Assembly (NCBI GenBank): GCA_026989055.1
Contig: JALSKC010000003.1
Span: 16,828 to 80,827 of the forward strand
DNA from: Paracoccaceae bacterium
GTDB lineage: Bacteria; Pseudomonadota; Alphaproteobacteria; Rhodobacterales; Rhodobacteraceae
Reading direction: 5' to 3'
DNA: 64,000 nucleotides
Shown: one piece after another, positions 8,285 through 16,570 of the stretch
How the letters are laid out: each line of letters begins with the position of its first letter
Position numbering within the stretch: the stretch's first letter is position 1
Translations under genes and position numbers: made by a program
The notes under the pieces: model-generated
The model's input: only the letters and a program-made list of their open reading frames with translations
Databases searched by the model: none
Told to the model about the DNA's origin: nothing

Positions 8285-8349
8285 ACGGCGCCTGCTGCTA
8301 GGATCGGCCGGACAGCACGGCGCAAGGAAAGGCGAAAGGCGGAACGGCG

Positions 8350-9588
8350 ATGCGGTTGGCGGCGAAACAGGCACCTGTCAGGGCGGCGGCCCCGACAAGG
8401 GCTCCGAGAACGGCCCAGGTGGCGGCCGTCCTGATGGCGGCGACGATGGCGCTGGCGCCCTCCGCCACCGCGGCGCCCTGCGGTGGCCCCTTCCCCGACT
8501 TCGTCAGGGAAATGAAGCGCGAAGCCCTCGGGCGCAGCCATGACCCGCAGCTGGTGGAGCGCTTCTTTGCCGGCGCGCAACGCGACCCGGAGGTGATCCG
8601 GGCGGACCGTCGGCAGGGTGTGTTCCGGCTGGATTTCATCGAGTTTTCCCGCCGCGTGATCTCGCGCTACCGGCTGGACCTGGGGCGGCGCTACGGGCGC
8701 GAGCTGGATGCGCTGTTCGGGCGGATCGAGCGCGACTACGGCGTTTCCCGGGGGATTCTGCTGGCCCTGTGGGCGCTGGAGACCGACTTCGGCCAGGTGC
8801 AGGGTGACTTCAACACCCGCAACGCGCTGCTGACGCTGGCCCATGACTGCCGCCGCCCGGCGCTGTTCAGGCCGCACCTCTTCGCCGCACTGGAGCTGTT
8901 CCGGCGCGGCGACTTCGACCCGGCCGGAACCCGCGGGGCCTGGGCCGGCGAGATCGGCATGGTGCAGATGCTGCCCGGAGACGTTCTGGAACACGGTGTC
9001 GATGGCGACGGCGACGGGCATGTCCGCCTGCACAGCTCGCGCGCCGATGCCCTGACCAGCGCCGCCCGGCTGCTGCGCGGTTTCGGCTGGCGCCCGGGAG
9101 AGCCCTGGCTGCAGGAAGTCGTGGTGCCGGAAACCCTGGACTGGTCCCTGACCGGCACCGACAAGACGCTGAGCGTCGCCCGCTGGAAGCGGATGGGCAT
9201 GCGGGCCCGAAACGGCGCTCTGGCCGCAGACGGCATGCGGGCCTCTCTCCTGCTGCCGATGGGGCGCAAGGGGCCGGCCTTCATCGCCTATCCGAACTTC
9301 CATGTGCTCTTCGAGTGGAACGGAAGCTTCGTCTATGTCACCACCGCCGCCTATCTCGCCACCCGGATGGAAGGGGCGCCGCGCTACGATCCCGGCACTC
9401 CCGAACCCATGCTGACGCCGGAGGAAATGAAGCTGCTCCAGACCAGGCTGCGCCGGCGCGGCCACGACGTGGGCGCGATCGACGGCATCCTGGGCCGGAA
9501 GACCCGTGCCGCGGTGCAGAAGGAACAGCGTCGGCTGGGGCTGCCCCCCGACGCCTGGCCGACCCGCGAACTTCTGGAGCGCCTGTAA
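8350..9588 (+). CDS. lytic murein transglycosylase (MltB-like) with C-terminal peptidoglycan-binding domain
   Basis: LLALWALETDFG and GEIGMVQMLP motifs. C-terminal PG_binding_1-like LQTRLRRRGHDVGAIDGILGRKTRAAV. N-terminal signal sequence. Confidence 0.85.
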   Translation: MRLAAKQAPVRAAAPTRAPRTAQVAAVLMAATMALAPSATAAPCGGPFPDFVREMKREALGRSHDPQLVERFFAGAQRDPEVIRADRRQGVFRLDFIEFSRRVISRYRLDLGRRYGRELDALFGRIERDYGVSRGILLALWALETDFGQVQGDFNTRNALLTLAHDCRRPALFRPHLFAALELFRRGDFDPAGTRGAWAGEIGMVQMLPGDVLEHGVDGDGDGHVRLHSSRADALTSAARLLRGFGWRPGEPWLQEVVVPETLDWSLTGTDKTLSVARWKRMGMRARNGALAADGMRASLLLPMGRKGPAFIAYPNFHVLFEWNGSFVYVTTAAYLATRMEGAPRYDPGTPEPMLTPEEMKLLQTRLRRRGHDVGAIDGILGRKTRAAVQKEQRRLGLPPDAWPTRELLERL

Positions 9589-9640
9589 CGGCCGGCGCTT
9601 TCCTTCGCCGGGCGGCGGCGGGTGGAAATGCCCGGCGCGC

Positions 9641-10135
9641 CTACCAGCCGATGAAGTCCTCGAAATTCTCGACCACCACGCGCCACCAGTCCAGCGTGTC
9701 CTGGAAGTTCTGCTCGCCCAGCCCGTCGAATGCCATGTTCACATCCATTTCCAGGAACGGGTCGCCCTCGTCGTCGATATAGGCCTTGCCGAAGCGTTTC
9801 TGGCGGTTCCATTCGTTCATCGTGAGGGCCGAAAGGGGCGGTTCCACGTCATAGCCGGCCCGGAACAGGATCGAAGAACAGTTCCGCCCGCCCTCGCAAC
9901 CGAAGAAGAGCACCTGGAACTCGGTCTGCGAAATCCGGCTGCGGATCATCGGATCGCCTTCCGAATCGGTGCCGAGCGTCGCGGCGAAGCCGTAATCCTG
10001 CATCGCGACGCGTATCGCCTCGGGGTCGGTGGCATTGATCGCGGCGGCCTGCTGCGCTCCAGCAGCCAGGATCAGGGCGGCCGCCAGGGCGCGGCGGGAG
10101 GTTCGCGTCGGTTGCATGTCGGAGGCCTTTCGCAA
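9641..10135 (-). CDS. exported YbjN-like domain protein
   Basis: 164 aa with signal-like RRALAAALILAAGAQQAAA. FQVLFFGCEGGRNCSSILFRAGY resembles the YbjN/putative sensory transduction regulator fold family. The start could instead be the internal ATG at 10117. Confidence 0.55.
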   Translation of the reverse strand: MRKASDMQPTRTSRRALAAALILAAGAQQAAAINATDPEAIRVAMQDYGFAATLGTDSEGDPMIRSRISQTEFQVLFFGCEGGRNCSSILFRAGYDVEPPLSALTMNEWNRQKRFGKAYIDDEGDPFLEMDVNMAFDGLGEQNFQDTLDWWRVVVENFEDFIGW

Positions 10136-10198
10136 GTCTCGGTCCCGACACCATCATCAAAGATGGCGGATCCGTCAATCCGGTATCGGAAACCCGGT

Positions 10199-13100
10199 TC
10201 AGGCCACCATCCTTTCGGCCGCCTTCAGATCGACGCTGACCAGCTGGCTCACGCCCTGTTCGGCCATCGTCACCCCGAACAGGCGGTCCATCCGGGCCAT
10301 GGTCACCGCATGGTGGGTGATGATCAGGAAGCGGGTTTCGGTCTGCCGGGTCATCTCGTCGAGCATGTCGCAGAAGCGGGCGACATTGGCATCGTCCAGC
10401 GGTGCGTCCACCTCGTCGAGCACGCAGATGGGGGCCGGGTTGGCCAGGAACACCGCAAATATCAGCGCCAGCGCCGTCAGGGTCTGCTCGCCGCCCGAAA
10501 GCAGCGACAGCGTAGACAGCTTCTTGCCCGGCGGCTGGCACATGATCTCCAGCCCGGCCTCCAGCGGATCGTCGCTTTCCACCAGAACGAGCTTGGCCTC
10601 GCCGCCGCCGAACAGGTGGGTGAACAGCATCGCGAAATTTCCGTTCACCTGCTCGAAGGCGGTCAGCAGCCGTTCCCGCCCCTCGCGGTTCAGGCTGGCG
10701 ATGCCGGCGCGCAACTTTCCGATCGCTTCCCTGAGGTCGCTCATCTCGCGCTGCAGGGCGTCGTACTCCTCCCGTATCGCGCGCGCATCCTCCTCGGCGC
10801 ACAGGTTGACCGCCCCGAGCGCGTCGCGCTGACGTTTCAGGCGGTTGACCTCGGCCTCGAGCGCGTTTGCCGACGGCATGTCGTCGGCCTCGGCGCCGAG
10901 CGCCTCGAGCAGGCGCCCGGGCGTCGTTTCCTGCTCTTCGGCGATCCGCTCCTCCGCCTGCGCCACCGCGGCGCGGGCAGCTTCCGCGCGCGCCTCGGCG
11001 CCGGCCCGGGCCTCGCGGGCGTCCGAGGCCGCCCGTCCGGCCTCTCGTTCGGCCTCCTGGGCCGCGCGCCGATCCGCCTCGGCCCGCGCCAGGGCATCCG
11101 CAGCCGTCTTGCGGCGGGCCTCGGCCCGCTCGATCTCGGCCGCCAGCCCGGCCCGCTGCTCCGCGATCTCCTCCGGCACCGAGAGCGCCCCGGAAAGCGC
11201 CGCCTCGGCAGCGCGGCGGCGTTCTTCCAGCTCGGCGATGCGCCTTCCTGCCGTCTCCCGGCGTTGCCGCCAGCCGCGCAGCTCGCTCTCCACCTCCCGA
11301 CTGCGCCGCAGGCGGGCCTCGCCCTCGCGGCGCAGCTCCTCATGGGCCGAACGCCTGGCGAGCATGGTCAGCCGGGCGGCCTCAACCGCCGTCTTCACCT
11401 CATCGAGGCGGGTGCGCATCTCTTCCAGATCGTCCAGCTCGCGCAGCGCCGCTTCGGCCTCCGACAGCCGGACCCGCGCGGCGCGGGCTTCCTCCTCGTG
11501 GCGCTTCGCGGCCTGTGACAGGGATTCGAGCCGTCCCCGGGCGATGTCGCGTTCGGCCTCGGCGCGCGACAGCGCCCTGCTGGCCTCCGCCATCGCGCGA
11601 TCTGCCGCGCGGCGGGCTTCCCGCGCGGCACGGTCGGCCTCGGTGCATTCGGCAAGGCGGCGTCCGAGCAGCTCATGCGCCTGAACGGCCCCACGGGCCC
11701 GGGCGTCGGCCTCTTCCAGATCCTGTTTCAGCTCCTGCAGACGGTTGAGCTGGGCCAGCCTCAGCGCGGCCGCGCTGGGGGCATCCTCGGCCCCGGCGCG
11801 GTAGCCGTCCCAGCGCCAGAGGTCGCCGGCGCGGCTGACCAGCCGCTGCCCCGGCCGCAGCGCCGCCTGCAGGCGGGCGCCGTCGGCGGCATCGACCAGC
11901 CCGACCTGCGCCATCCGCCGGGCCAGGACGGCAGGCGCCGTCACGTGGTTGCCGAGCGGCTCGACCCCCTCCGGCAGCGGCTGCGGTGCCGGGTAGCCGG
12001 GCAGTTCGGTCCAGCCGGGACCGCTCTCCCGCGCCGTGACGACCGGGGCGCGCAGGTCATCGGCAAGGGCCGCTCCCAGCGCCTTTTCGAATCCGGGCGC
12101 GACGCGCAGCATGTCCAGCAGCTGCCCCTCCTCGGTGGTGTCGCGCGCCACCAGACGGGCCAGCGCCTGCACCTCGGCCCGCAGCGCGTTCACCTCGCCT
12201 TCGGCCTCGGAGCGCGCGGCGCGGGCTTCGGCTTCGCGCCCCTGGGCCTCGGCGCGGGCCTCGTCGGCGGTCTGAAGCGCGGCCTCGGCCTGCTCGGCGG
12301 CCCGGCTGGCCGCCTCGAGATCCCGCCCGGCGGCTTCGAACCCGGCTTCGGCAGCCTCCAGGGCCTCCGTCGACTCGGCCAGGGCAGAGCGTGCCCGCCC
12401 GGCTTCGGCCGCGTTCCTTTCCAGGGCCCGGCGGGAATCCTCCAGCAGGCGCCGCGCGGACTGGTGGCGCGCGGCCAGCCGGGCGGCATCCTCGGTAATT
12501 TCCTGCAGGTCTTCCTCGCGCTCCTGAAGCACGGCCGCCGCCTCGCGCGCCTGCGCCGCGGCTTCCTCGAGCCGCGCCTCGTGCCCCTCGGCTGCCTCGG
12601 CAAGCGCGCGGGCCTCCTCTTCGAGACGCGCGATGGTTTCGCCGGCATCCCGGTTCAGGGCCTCCTCGCGGTCCCGATCGCGCCGCAGCTGGTCGATCTG
12701 CTCCTGCAGCGCCTCGATCTTCTGGCGCGTGCGCGCCTCCTCGTCAGCCAGGCCGTCGCGCCGCAGCTGCAACCGCTGGAGCACGGCGGCGGCGATGGCC
12801 TCCTCCTCGCGCAGGGGGGGCAGGGCCGCTTCGCGCTCCTCGCGCCGCCGCCCCGCCTCGAGCGCCTTCCGCTCGGCCTGCGCTGCCTGCGCGACTGCCG
12901 CGCGCAGCTGCTCCTCCACCGCGCGGCGGGTCTGTTCGGCTTCCTGCCAGCGGCGATAGAGCAGCAGCCCCTCGGCCCGGCGCAGCTCGGCGCCCATGGC
13001 GCGGTAGCGGGCCGCCTGACGGGCCTGGCGTTCAAGCTGGCGCAGCTGGCCGGCAAGCTGTTCGAGCACATCCTCGACCCGGGCGAGGTTGGCCTCGGCC

Positions 13101-13657
13101 CCGTTGAGCTTGAGTTCGGCCTCGTGGCGGCGCTGGTAGAGGCCGGAGATCCCGGCGGCTTCCTCCAGCACCCGGCGGCGCGCCCGGGGGCGGGCGTTGA
13201 TCAGCTCGGCGATCTGGCCCTGGCGGACCAGCGCCGGGCTGTGCGCTCCCGTGGAGGCGTCGGCGAACAGCATCTGCACGTCGCGCGCCCGCACATCCCT
13301 GCCGTTGACCTTGTAGGCGCTGCCGGCATCGCGGGTGATGCGCCGGGTGACCTCCAGAATGTCGCTGGAGTTGAAGGCAGCCGGCGCGAGGCGTTCCGAA
13401 TTGTCGATGAACAGCGTCACCTCGGCGAAGTTGCGGGCCGGACGGCTGGCCGCGCCGGCGAAGATCACGTCTTCCATGCCGCCGCCGCGCATCGCCTTGG
13501 GGCGGTTCTCGCCCATCACCCAGCGCAGCGCCTCCAGAAGGTTGGACTTGCCGCAGCCGTTCGGCCCGACCACGCCGGTCAGCCCCTCGGAGATCAGCAG
13601 ATCCGTGGGATCGACGAAGCTCTTGAAACCGTTCAGACGCAGTTTTGTCAGGCGCAA
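10199..13657 (-). CDS. smc: chromosome segregation protein SMC
   Basis: N-terminal LNGFKSF...GVVGPNGCGKSN Walker A, long coiled coils, hinge, and C-terminal LSGGE/Walker B (LSLLSGGEQTL, CVLDEVDAPLD). I chose the TTG start at 13657 (GGAGG 8 nt upstream); the track start is 13687. Confidence 0.93.
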   Translation of the reverse strand: MRLTKLRLNGFKSFVDPTDLLISEGLTGVVGPNGCGKSNLLEALRWVMGENRPKAMRGGGMEDVIFAGAASRPARNFAEVTLFIDNSERLAPAAFNSSDILEVTRRITRDAGSAYKVNGRDVRARDVQMLFADASTGAHSPALVRQGQIAELINARPRARRRVLEEAAGISGLYQRRHEAELKLNGAEANLARVEDVLEQLAGQLRQLERQARQAARYRAMGAELRRAEGLLLYRRWQEAEQTRRAVEEQLRAAVAQAAQAERKALEAGRRREEREAALPPLREEEAIAAAVLQRLQLRRDGLADEEARTRQKIEALQEQIDQLRRDRDREEALNRDAGETIARLEEEARALAEAAEGHEARLEEAAAQAREAAAVLQEREEDLQEITEDAARLAARHQSARRLLEDSRRALERNAAEAGRARSALAESTEALEAAEAGFEAAGRDLEAASRAAEQAEAALQTADEARAEAQGREAEARAARSEAEGEVNALRAEVQALARLVARDTTEEGQLLDMLRVAPGFEKALGAALADDLRAPVVTARESGPGWTELPGYPAPQPLPEGVEPLGNHVTAPAVLARRMAQVGLVDAADGARLQAALRPGQRLVSRAGDLWRWDGYRAGAEDAPSAAALRLAQLNRLQELKQDLEEADARARGAVQAHELLGRRLAECTEADRAAREARRAADRAMAEASRALSRAEAERDIARGRLESLSQAAKRHEEEARAARVRLSEAEAALRELDDLEEMRTRLDEVKTAVEAARLTMLARRSAHEELRREGEARLRRSREVESELRGWRQRRETAGRRIAELEERRRAAEAALSGALSVPEEIAEQRAGLAAEIERAEARRKTAADALARAEADRRAAQEAEREAGRAASDAREARAGAEARAEAARAAVAQAEERIAEEQETTPGRLLEALGAEADDMPSANALEAEVNRLKRQRDALGAVNLCAEEDARAIREEYDALQREMSDLREAIGKLRAGIASLNREGRERLLTAFEQVNGNFAMLFTHLFGGGEAKLVLVESDDPLEAGLEIMCQPPGKKLSTLSLLSGGEQTLTALALIFAVFLANPAPICVLDEVDAPLDDANVARFCDMLDEMTRQTETRFLIITHHAVTMARMDRLFGVTMAEQGVSQLVSVDLKAAERMVA

Positions 13658-13727
13658 CGGCAACCCCTCCGGAGGTGATTCCCCCAAGCCGGATTCTTTG
13701 GCGCTTGCGCGCGCAAGTCAACGGCAG

Positions 13728-13749
13728 CTCCCATGATATGGGAGTTTTT
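13728..13749 (+). terminator. terminator-like hairpin CTCCCAT-GAT-ATGGGAG followed by TTTTT (plus strand), with no upstream plus-strand gene
   Basis: Read directly. It is preceded by the 14-bp palindrome CTTGCGCGCGCAAG at 13704-13717. Confidence 0.35.
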
Positions 13750-13755
13750 GGCGCG

Positions 13756-13764
13756 TTATCCACA
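13756..13764 (+). promoter_or_regulatory. perfect DnaA-box 9-mer TTATCCACA
   Basis: Exact consensus 9-mer in the smc / cbtB divergent intergenic region. Confidence 0.4.
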
Positions 13765-13874
13765 AGATATGCCATAACAGACGGGCAATCGCCTTGCCAT
13801 CTCGGCCCCCGGCCGGCAACGGCGCCCGCTGCGGCGCGGTCCGACCGGCGATATCGCTCTTGACCGCACCGACG

Positions 13875-14082
13875 CGGTAGCATCAAATGGCCCCGCATGG
13901 TTCCCCATTCGACATGCCAAGCATGGGGGAGCATATGGGAATGCGGTGCGGGCGACCCAAACCGGGGCCCAAGGCCGCAGCCGCCCCCGCGACTGTAAGC
14001 GGCGAGCGTTCCGTCACGATGCCACTGGGCAACCGGGAAGGCGACGGCACGCATCGACCCGCGAGCCAGGAGACCAGCCATG
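13875..14082 (+). promoter_or_regulatory. cobalamin (AdoCbl) riboswitch
   Basis: Conserved core GGTTCC...GGGAATGCGGTG...CCG...GCCGCCCCCGCGACTGTAAGCGG...GCCACTGG...CGGGAAGGC, and B12 box AGCCAGGAGACCAGCC at 14064-14079. A hairpin TTCCCCGTC/GACGGGAAA overlaps the cbtB RBS. Confidence 0.88.
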
Positions 14083-14128
14083 CGCAACCCTGTTTCCCCG
14101 TCGGGTGTGACGGGAAAGGAGAGACGAC

Positions 14129-14299
14129 ATGACGACCACGACATTTTCCGGAACCCGTTCCGAAACCGGCCTTGCCGGAATCGCCGCAGTGGCGCTGGCC
14201 GGCTTCGCCCTGCTGGCCGCCGCCGGCTTCGCCCAGGCGACCGTGATTCACGACAGCGCCCACGATACCCGGCATTCCATCGCCTTTCCCTGCCACTGA
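14129..14299 (+). CDS. cbtB: cobalt transporter subunit CbtB (56 aa; absent from the ORF track)
   Basis: My translation: MTTTTFSGTRSETGLAGIAAVALAGFALLAAAGFAQATVIHDSAHDTRHSIAFPCH. One TM helix plus the CbtB C-terminal HD..HD.RH...FPCH signature. GGAGAG RBS. Confidence 0.8.
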   Translation: MTTTTFSGTRSETGLAGIAAVALAGFALLAAAGFAQATVIHDSAHDTRHSIAFPCH

Positions 14300-14302
14300 G
14301 CC

Positions 14303-15001
14303 ATGATCCGGAATCTCCTTGCCAGCGCGCTGTTCGCTGGCGTGGCCGCGGGGCTCGTCGCTTCGCTGCTGCAGTTCTGGCTTGTCATTCCGCTGCTGCT
14401 GGAAGGCGAATTGTATGAAAGCGGCGTGCGCGTCCATTTCGCGGCCTCGCTGGATGCGCCGGTGCAGAGCCCGGCCGGCCCGGCAGCGGGGCTGAGCCAG
14501 GATCCGGCACGTCATCTTCTGACGACGGCCTTCAGCGCCATCGCCTATGTCGCCTTTGCCCTGATCATGGTTGCCGCCATGGCATTCGCAGAACGTGCGG
14601 GCCATCGCCTGAGCGCACGGCGCGGCATCGTCTGGGGGCTGGCAGGTTTCGCCGTGATGCAGCTGGCACCCGCCGCCGGCCTGCCCCCGGAGCTGCCGGG
14701 GACCATCGCGGCCGAGGTCTCGCTGCGGCAGGCCTGGTGGCTGTTCACGGCGCTGTCAACCGCGAGCGGGCTGGCGTTGATCGCCTTCGGAAACGGCCTT
14801 CTGCCGGGGGCGCTCGGCATCATGGCGCTGGCCCTGCCGCATGTTTCCGGCGCCCCGCATCTGGATACGTATTACGGGGTCGCACCGCCGGAGCTTGCGG
14901 CACTGTTCGCAACCAGGAGCCTGGCCGCCGCCGCCGCCAGCTGGGCCCTGCTCGGTTTTCTGGCGGCATGGTTCATGCAGCGGGCCCGTCCCGCAGGGTG
15001 A
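14303..15001 (+). CDS. cbtA: cobalt transporter subunit CbtA
   Basis: 232 aa multi-TM protein immediately after cbtB and downstream of the B12 riboswitch; matches the CbtA family architecture. Confidence 0.8.
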   Translation: MIRNLLASALFAGVAAGLVASLLQFWLVIPLLLEGELYESGVRVHFAASLDAPVQSPAGPAAGLSQDPARHLLTTAFSAIAYVAFALIMVAAMAFAERAGHRLSARRGIVWGLAGFAVMQLAPAAGLPPELPGTIAAEVSLRQAWWLFTALSTASGLALIAFGNGLLPGALGIMALALPHVSGAPHLDTYYGVAPPELAALFATRSLAAAAASWALLGFLAAWFMQRARPAG

Positions 15002-15064
15002 GCGGGAAAAGGGCGGGCGACAGGCTCCGGCAAAGGAGCGCGGAAACGCAGGGGAAAACGGCAC

Positions 15065-16108
15065 ATGGCACGGAAGATACCCGCAACCGTCATCACCGGC
15101 TTTCTCGGCAGCGGCAAGACGACGCTGATCCGCCACCTGCTGGCCAATGCCGGCGGCAGGCGCATCGCGCTGATCATCAACGAATTCGGCGACCTCGGCG
15201 TGGACGGGGAAATCCTCAAGGGCTGTGGCGATGCCGCCTGCACCGAAGACGACATCATGGAACTGTCCAACGGCTGCATCTGCTGCACCGTGGCCGAGGA
15301 TTTCATCCCCACCATGCAGAAGCTGCTGGAGCGCCCGGAACCGCCCGAACACATCATCATCGAAACCTCGGGGCTGGCCCTGCCGCAACCGCTGGTGAAC
15401 GCCTTCAACTGGCCGGAAATCAGCACCCGCGTCACGGTGGACGGCGTGGTGACGGTGGTTGACGGGCGTGCCGCGGCCGACGGGCAGTTTGCCCATGACC
15501 TGGCCGCGGTGGAGGCCCAGCGCGCCGCCGACGACACGCTCGACCATGAAACCCCGCTGTCCGAACTGTTCGAGGATCAGCTCGCGGCGGCCGACATGAT
15601 CGTGGTGAACAAGACCGACCTGCTGAGCCCGGCCGAGGCCGAAACGCTGGCCGCCCGCCTGGCCGGCGGCGCGCGGCCCGGCGTGCAGGTGGTGCAGACC
15701 AGCATGGGCCGGCTGCCGACAGAAGTTCTGCTGGGGATCGAGGCCCGGGCCGAAAGCGACATGGCCAACCGCCACGCGCCACACCACCATCACCACGACC
15801 ATGACGACCATCACCACGATCATGACGACTTCGAAAGCTTCGCGGTGGTGCGTGGCGAAATCGCCGATCCGGCCGCCTTTGCCGAAAGGCTCGCCGAGGT
15901 GATCCGCGCCCATTCCATCCTGCGGCTGAAGGGCTTCGCCGCCGTCTCGGGCAAGCCGATGCGCCTGACGCTGCAGGCGGTCGGCCCCCGTGTCGACAGC
16001 TATTTCGACCGCCCCTTCACCCATGATGAACCGCGCGAAACCCGCCTCGTGGTGATCGGTCATACCGGCCTTGACCGGGCGGCGATTTCCGCCGCGCTGC
16101 AGGCATGA
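15065..16108 (+). CDS. cobW: cobalamin biosynthesis GTPase/metallochaperone CobW
   Basis: GFLGSGKTT P-loop, GCICCT metal motif, His-rich stretch HAPHHHHHDHDDHHHDHDD, and CobW C-terminal domain. Confidence 0.93.
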   Translation: MARKIPATVITGFLGSGKTTLIRHLLANAGGRRIALIINEFGDLGVDGEILKGCGDAACTEDDIMELSNGCICCTVAEDFIPTMQKLLERPEPPEHIIIETSGLALPQPLVNAFNWPEISTRVTVDGVVTVVDGRAAADGQFAHDLAAVEAQRAADDTLDHETPLSELFEDQLAAADMIVVNKTDLLSPAEAETLAARLAGGARPGVQVVQTSMGRLPTEVLLGIEARAESDMANRHAPHHHHHDHDDHHHDHDDFESFAVVRGEIADPAAFAERLAEVIRAHSILRLKGFAAVSGKPMRLTLQAVGPRVDSYFDRPFTHDEPRETRLVVIGHTGLDRAAISAALQA

Positions 16109-16506
16109 AGCCGACCATAGCAACAGAAAGCCCACTTGCGCCCGACGGTCTCGCCCTCATCGAAGGTTCGGAGGCGGCCCCGCGCGATGTCTGCACAAAA
16201 GACGAGTGTTTCACCTTTTCCCCGGCTGAACTTGCCCATCCCGGCATCGCATTTTTCGTCGCCCGCCAAAACGGCGCGCCCGTGGGCTGCGTCGCGCTGT
16301 GCAACTGCGGCGACTACGCCGAGATCAAGCGCCTGTTCGTCACCCCCGCCGCCCGCGCGGGCGGCCACACCGTCATCCGCCTCGAGACCGGCCCCCGCCT
16401 GGCAGCCGCCGTGGCGCTCTACCGCACCCTCGACTACAACCAGCGCGGCCCCTTCGGCACCTATGCCGAACACCCCGCCAGCCTGTTCATGGAAAATTGT
16501 CTCTGA
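16105..16506 (+). CDS. GNAT-family acetyltransferase-like protein that appears to lack the acetyl-CoA-binding segment (possibly defunct)
   Basis: ATGA overlap with the cobW stop. YAEIKRLFVTPAARAGGHTVIRLETG: the usual R-G-x-G-x-G plus helix between PAAR and RLETG is missing, about 18-20 aa shorter than the typical GNATs I recall. Confidence 0.6.
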   Translation: MKPTIATESPLAPDGLALIEGSEAAPRDVCTKDECFTFSPAELAHPGIAFFVARQNGAPVGCVALCNCGDYAEIKRLFVTPAARAGGHTVIRLETGPRLAAAVALYRTLDYNQRGPFGTYAEHPASLFMENCL

Positions 16507-16509
16507 TGC

Positions 16510-16541
16510 TTCATCTTGCCCAAAATACTCCCGCCGGAGGC
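16510..16541. repeat. 32-nt element TTCATCTTGCCCAAAATACTCCCGCCGGAGGC, copy B
   Basis: 31/32 identical to 3954-3985, in the same orientation on the plus strand. It sits between the GNAT stop and the cobN start. Confidence 0.85.
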
Positions 16542-16570
16542 TCCCGCCCCCGCCACGGGCACACCCGCTG

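Noticed and set aside
13756-13764. Possibility that the DnaA box marks the replication origin
   Set aside because: Only a single box was seen. There is no cluster of boxes, no AT-rich unwinding element, and none of the usual oriC-flanking genes. It is kept only as a candidate regulatory site.
15776-15832. CAC/CAT/GAC-rich repetitive tract (and a similar one at about 4040-4100) that could be mistaken for a simple-sequence repeat or an array
   Set aside because: These are in-frame His/Asp-rich metal-binding tracts of CobW and CbiX, not non-coding repeats. No CRISPR-like repeat-spacer periodicity exists anywhere in the window.
16136-16570. N-terminal 145-aa extension of the cobN ORF (the track gives 1423 aa)
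   Set aside because: The extension overlaps the GNAT gene in another frame and is Pro/Ala/Ser-rich. CobN homology begins at MHLLAATPG.
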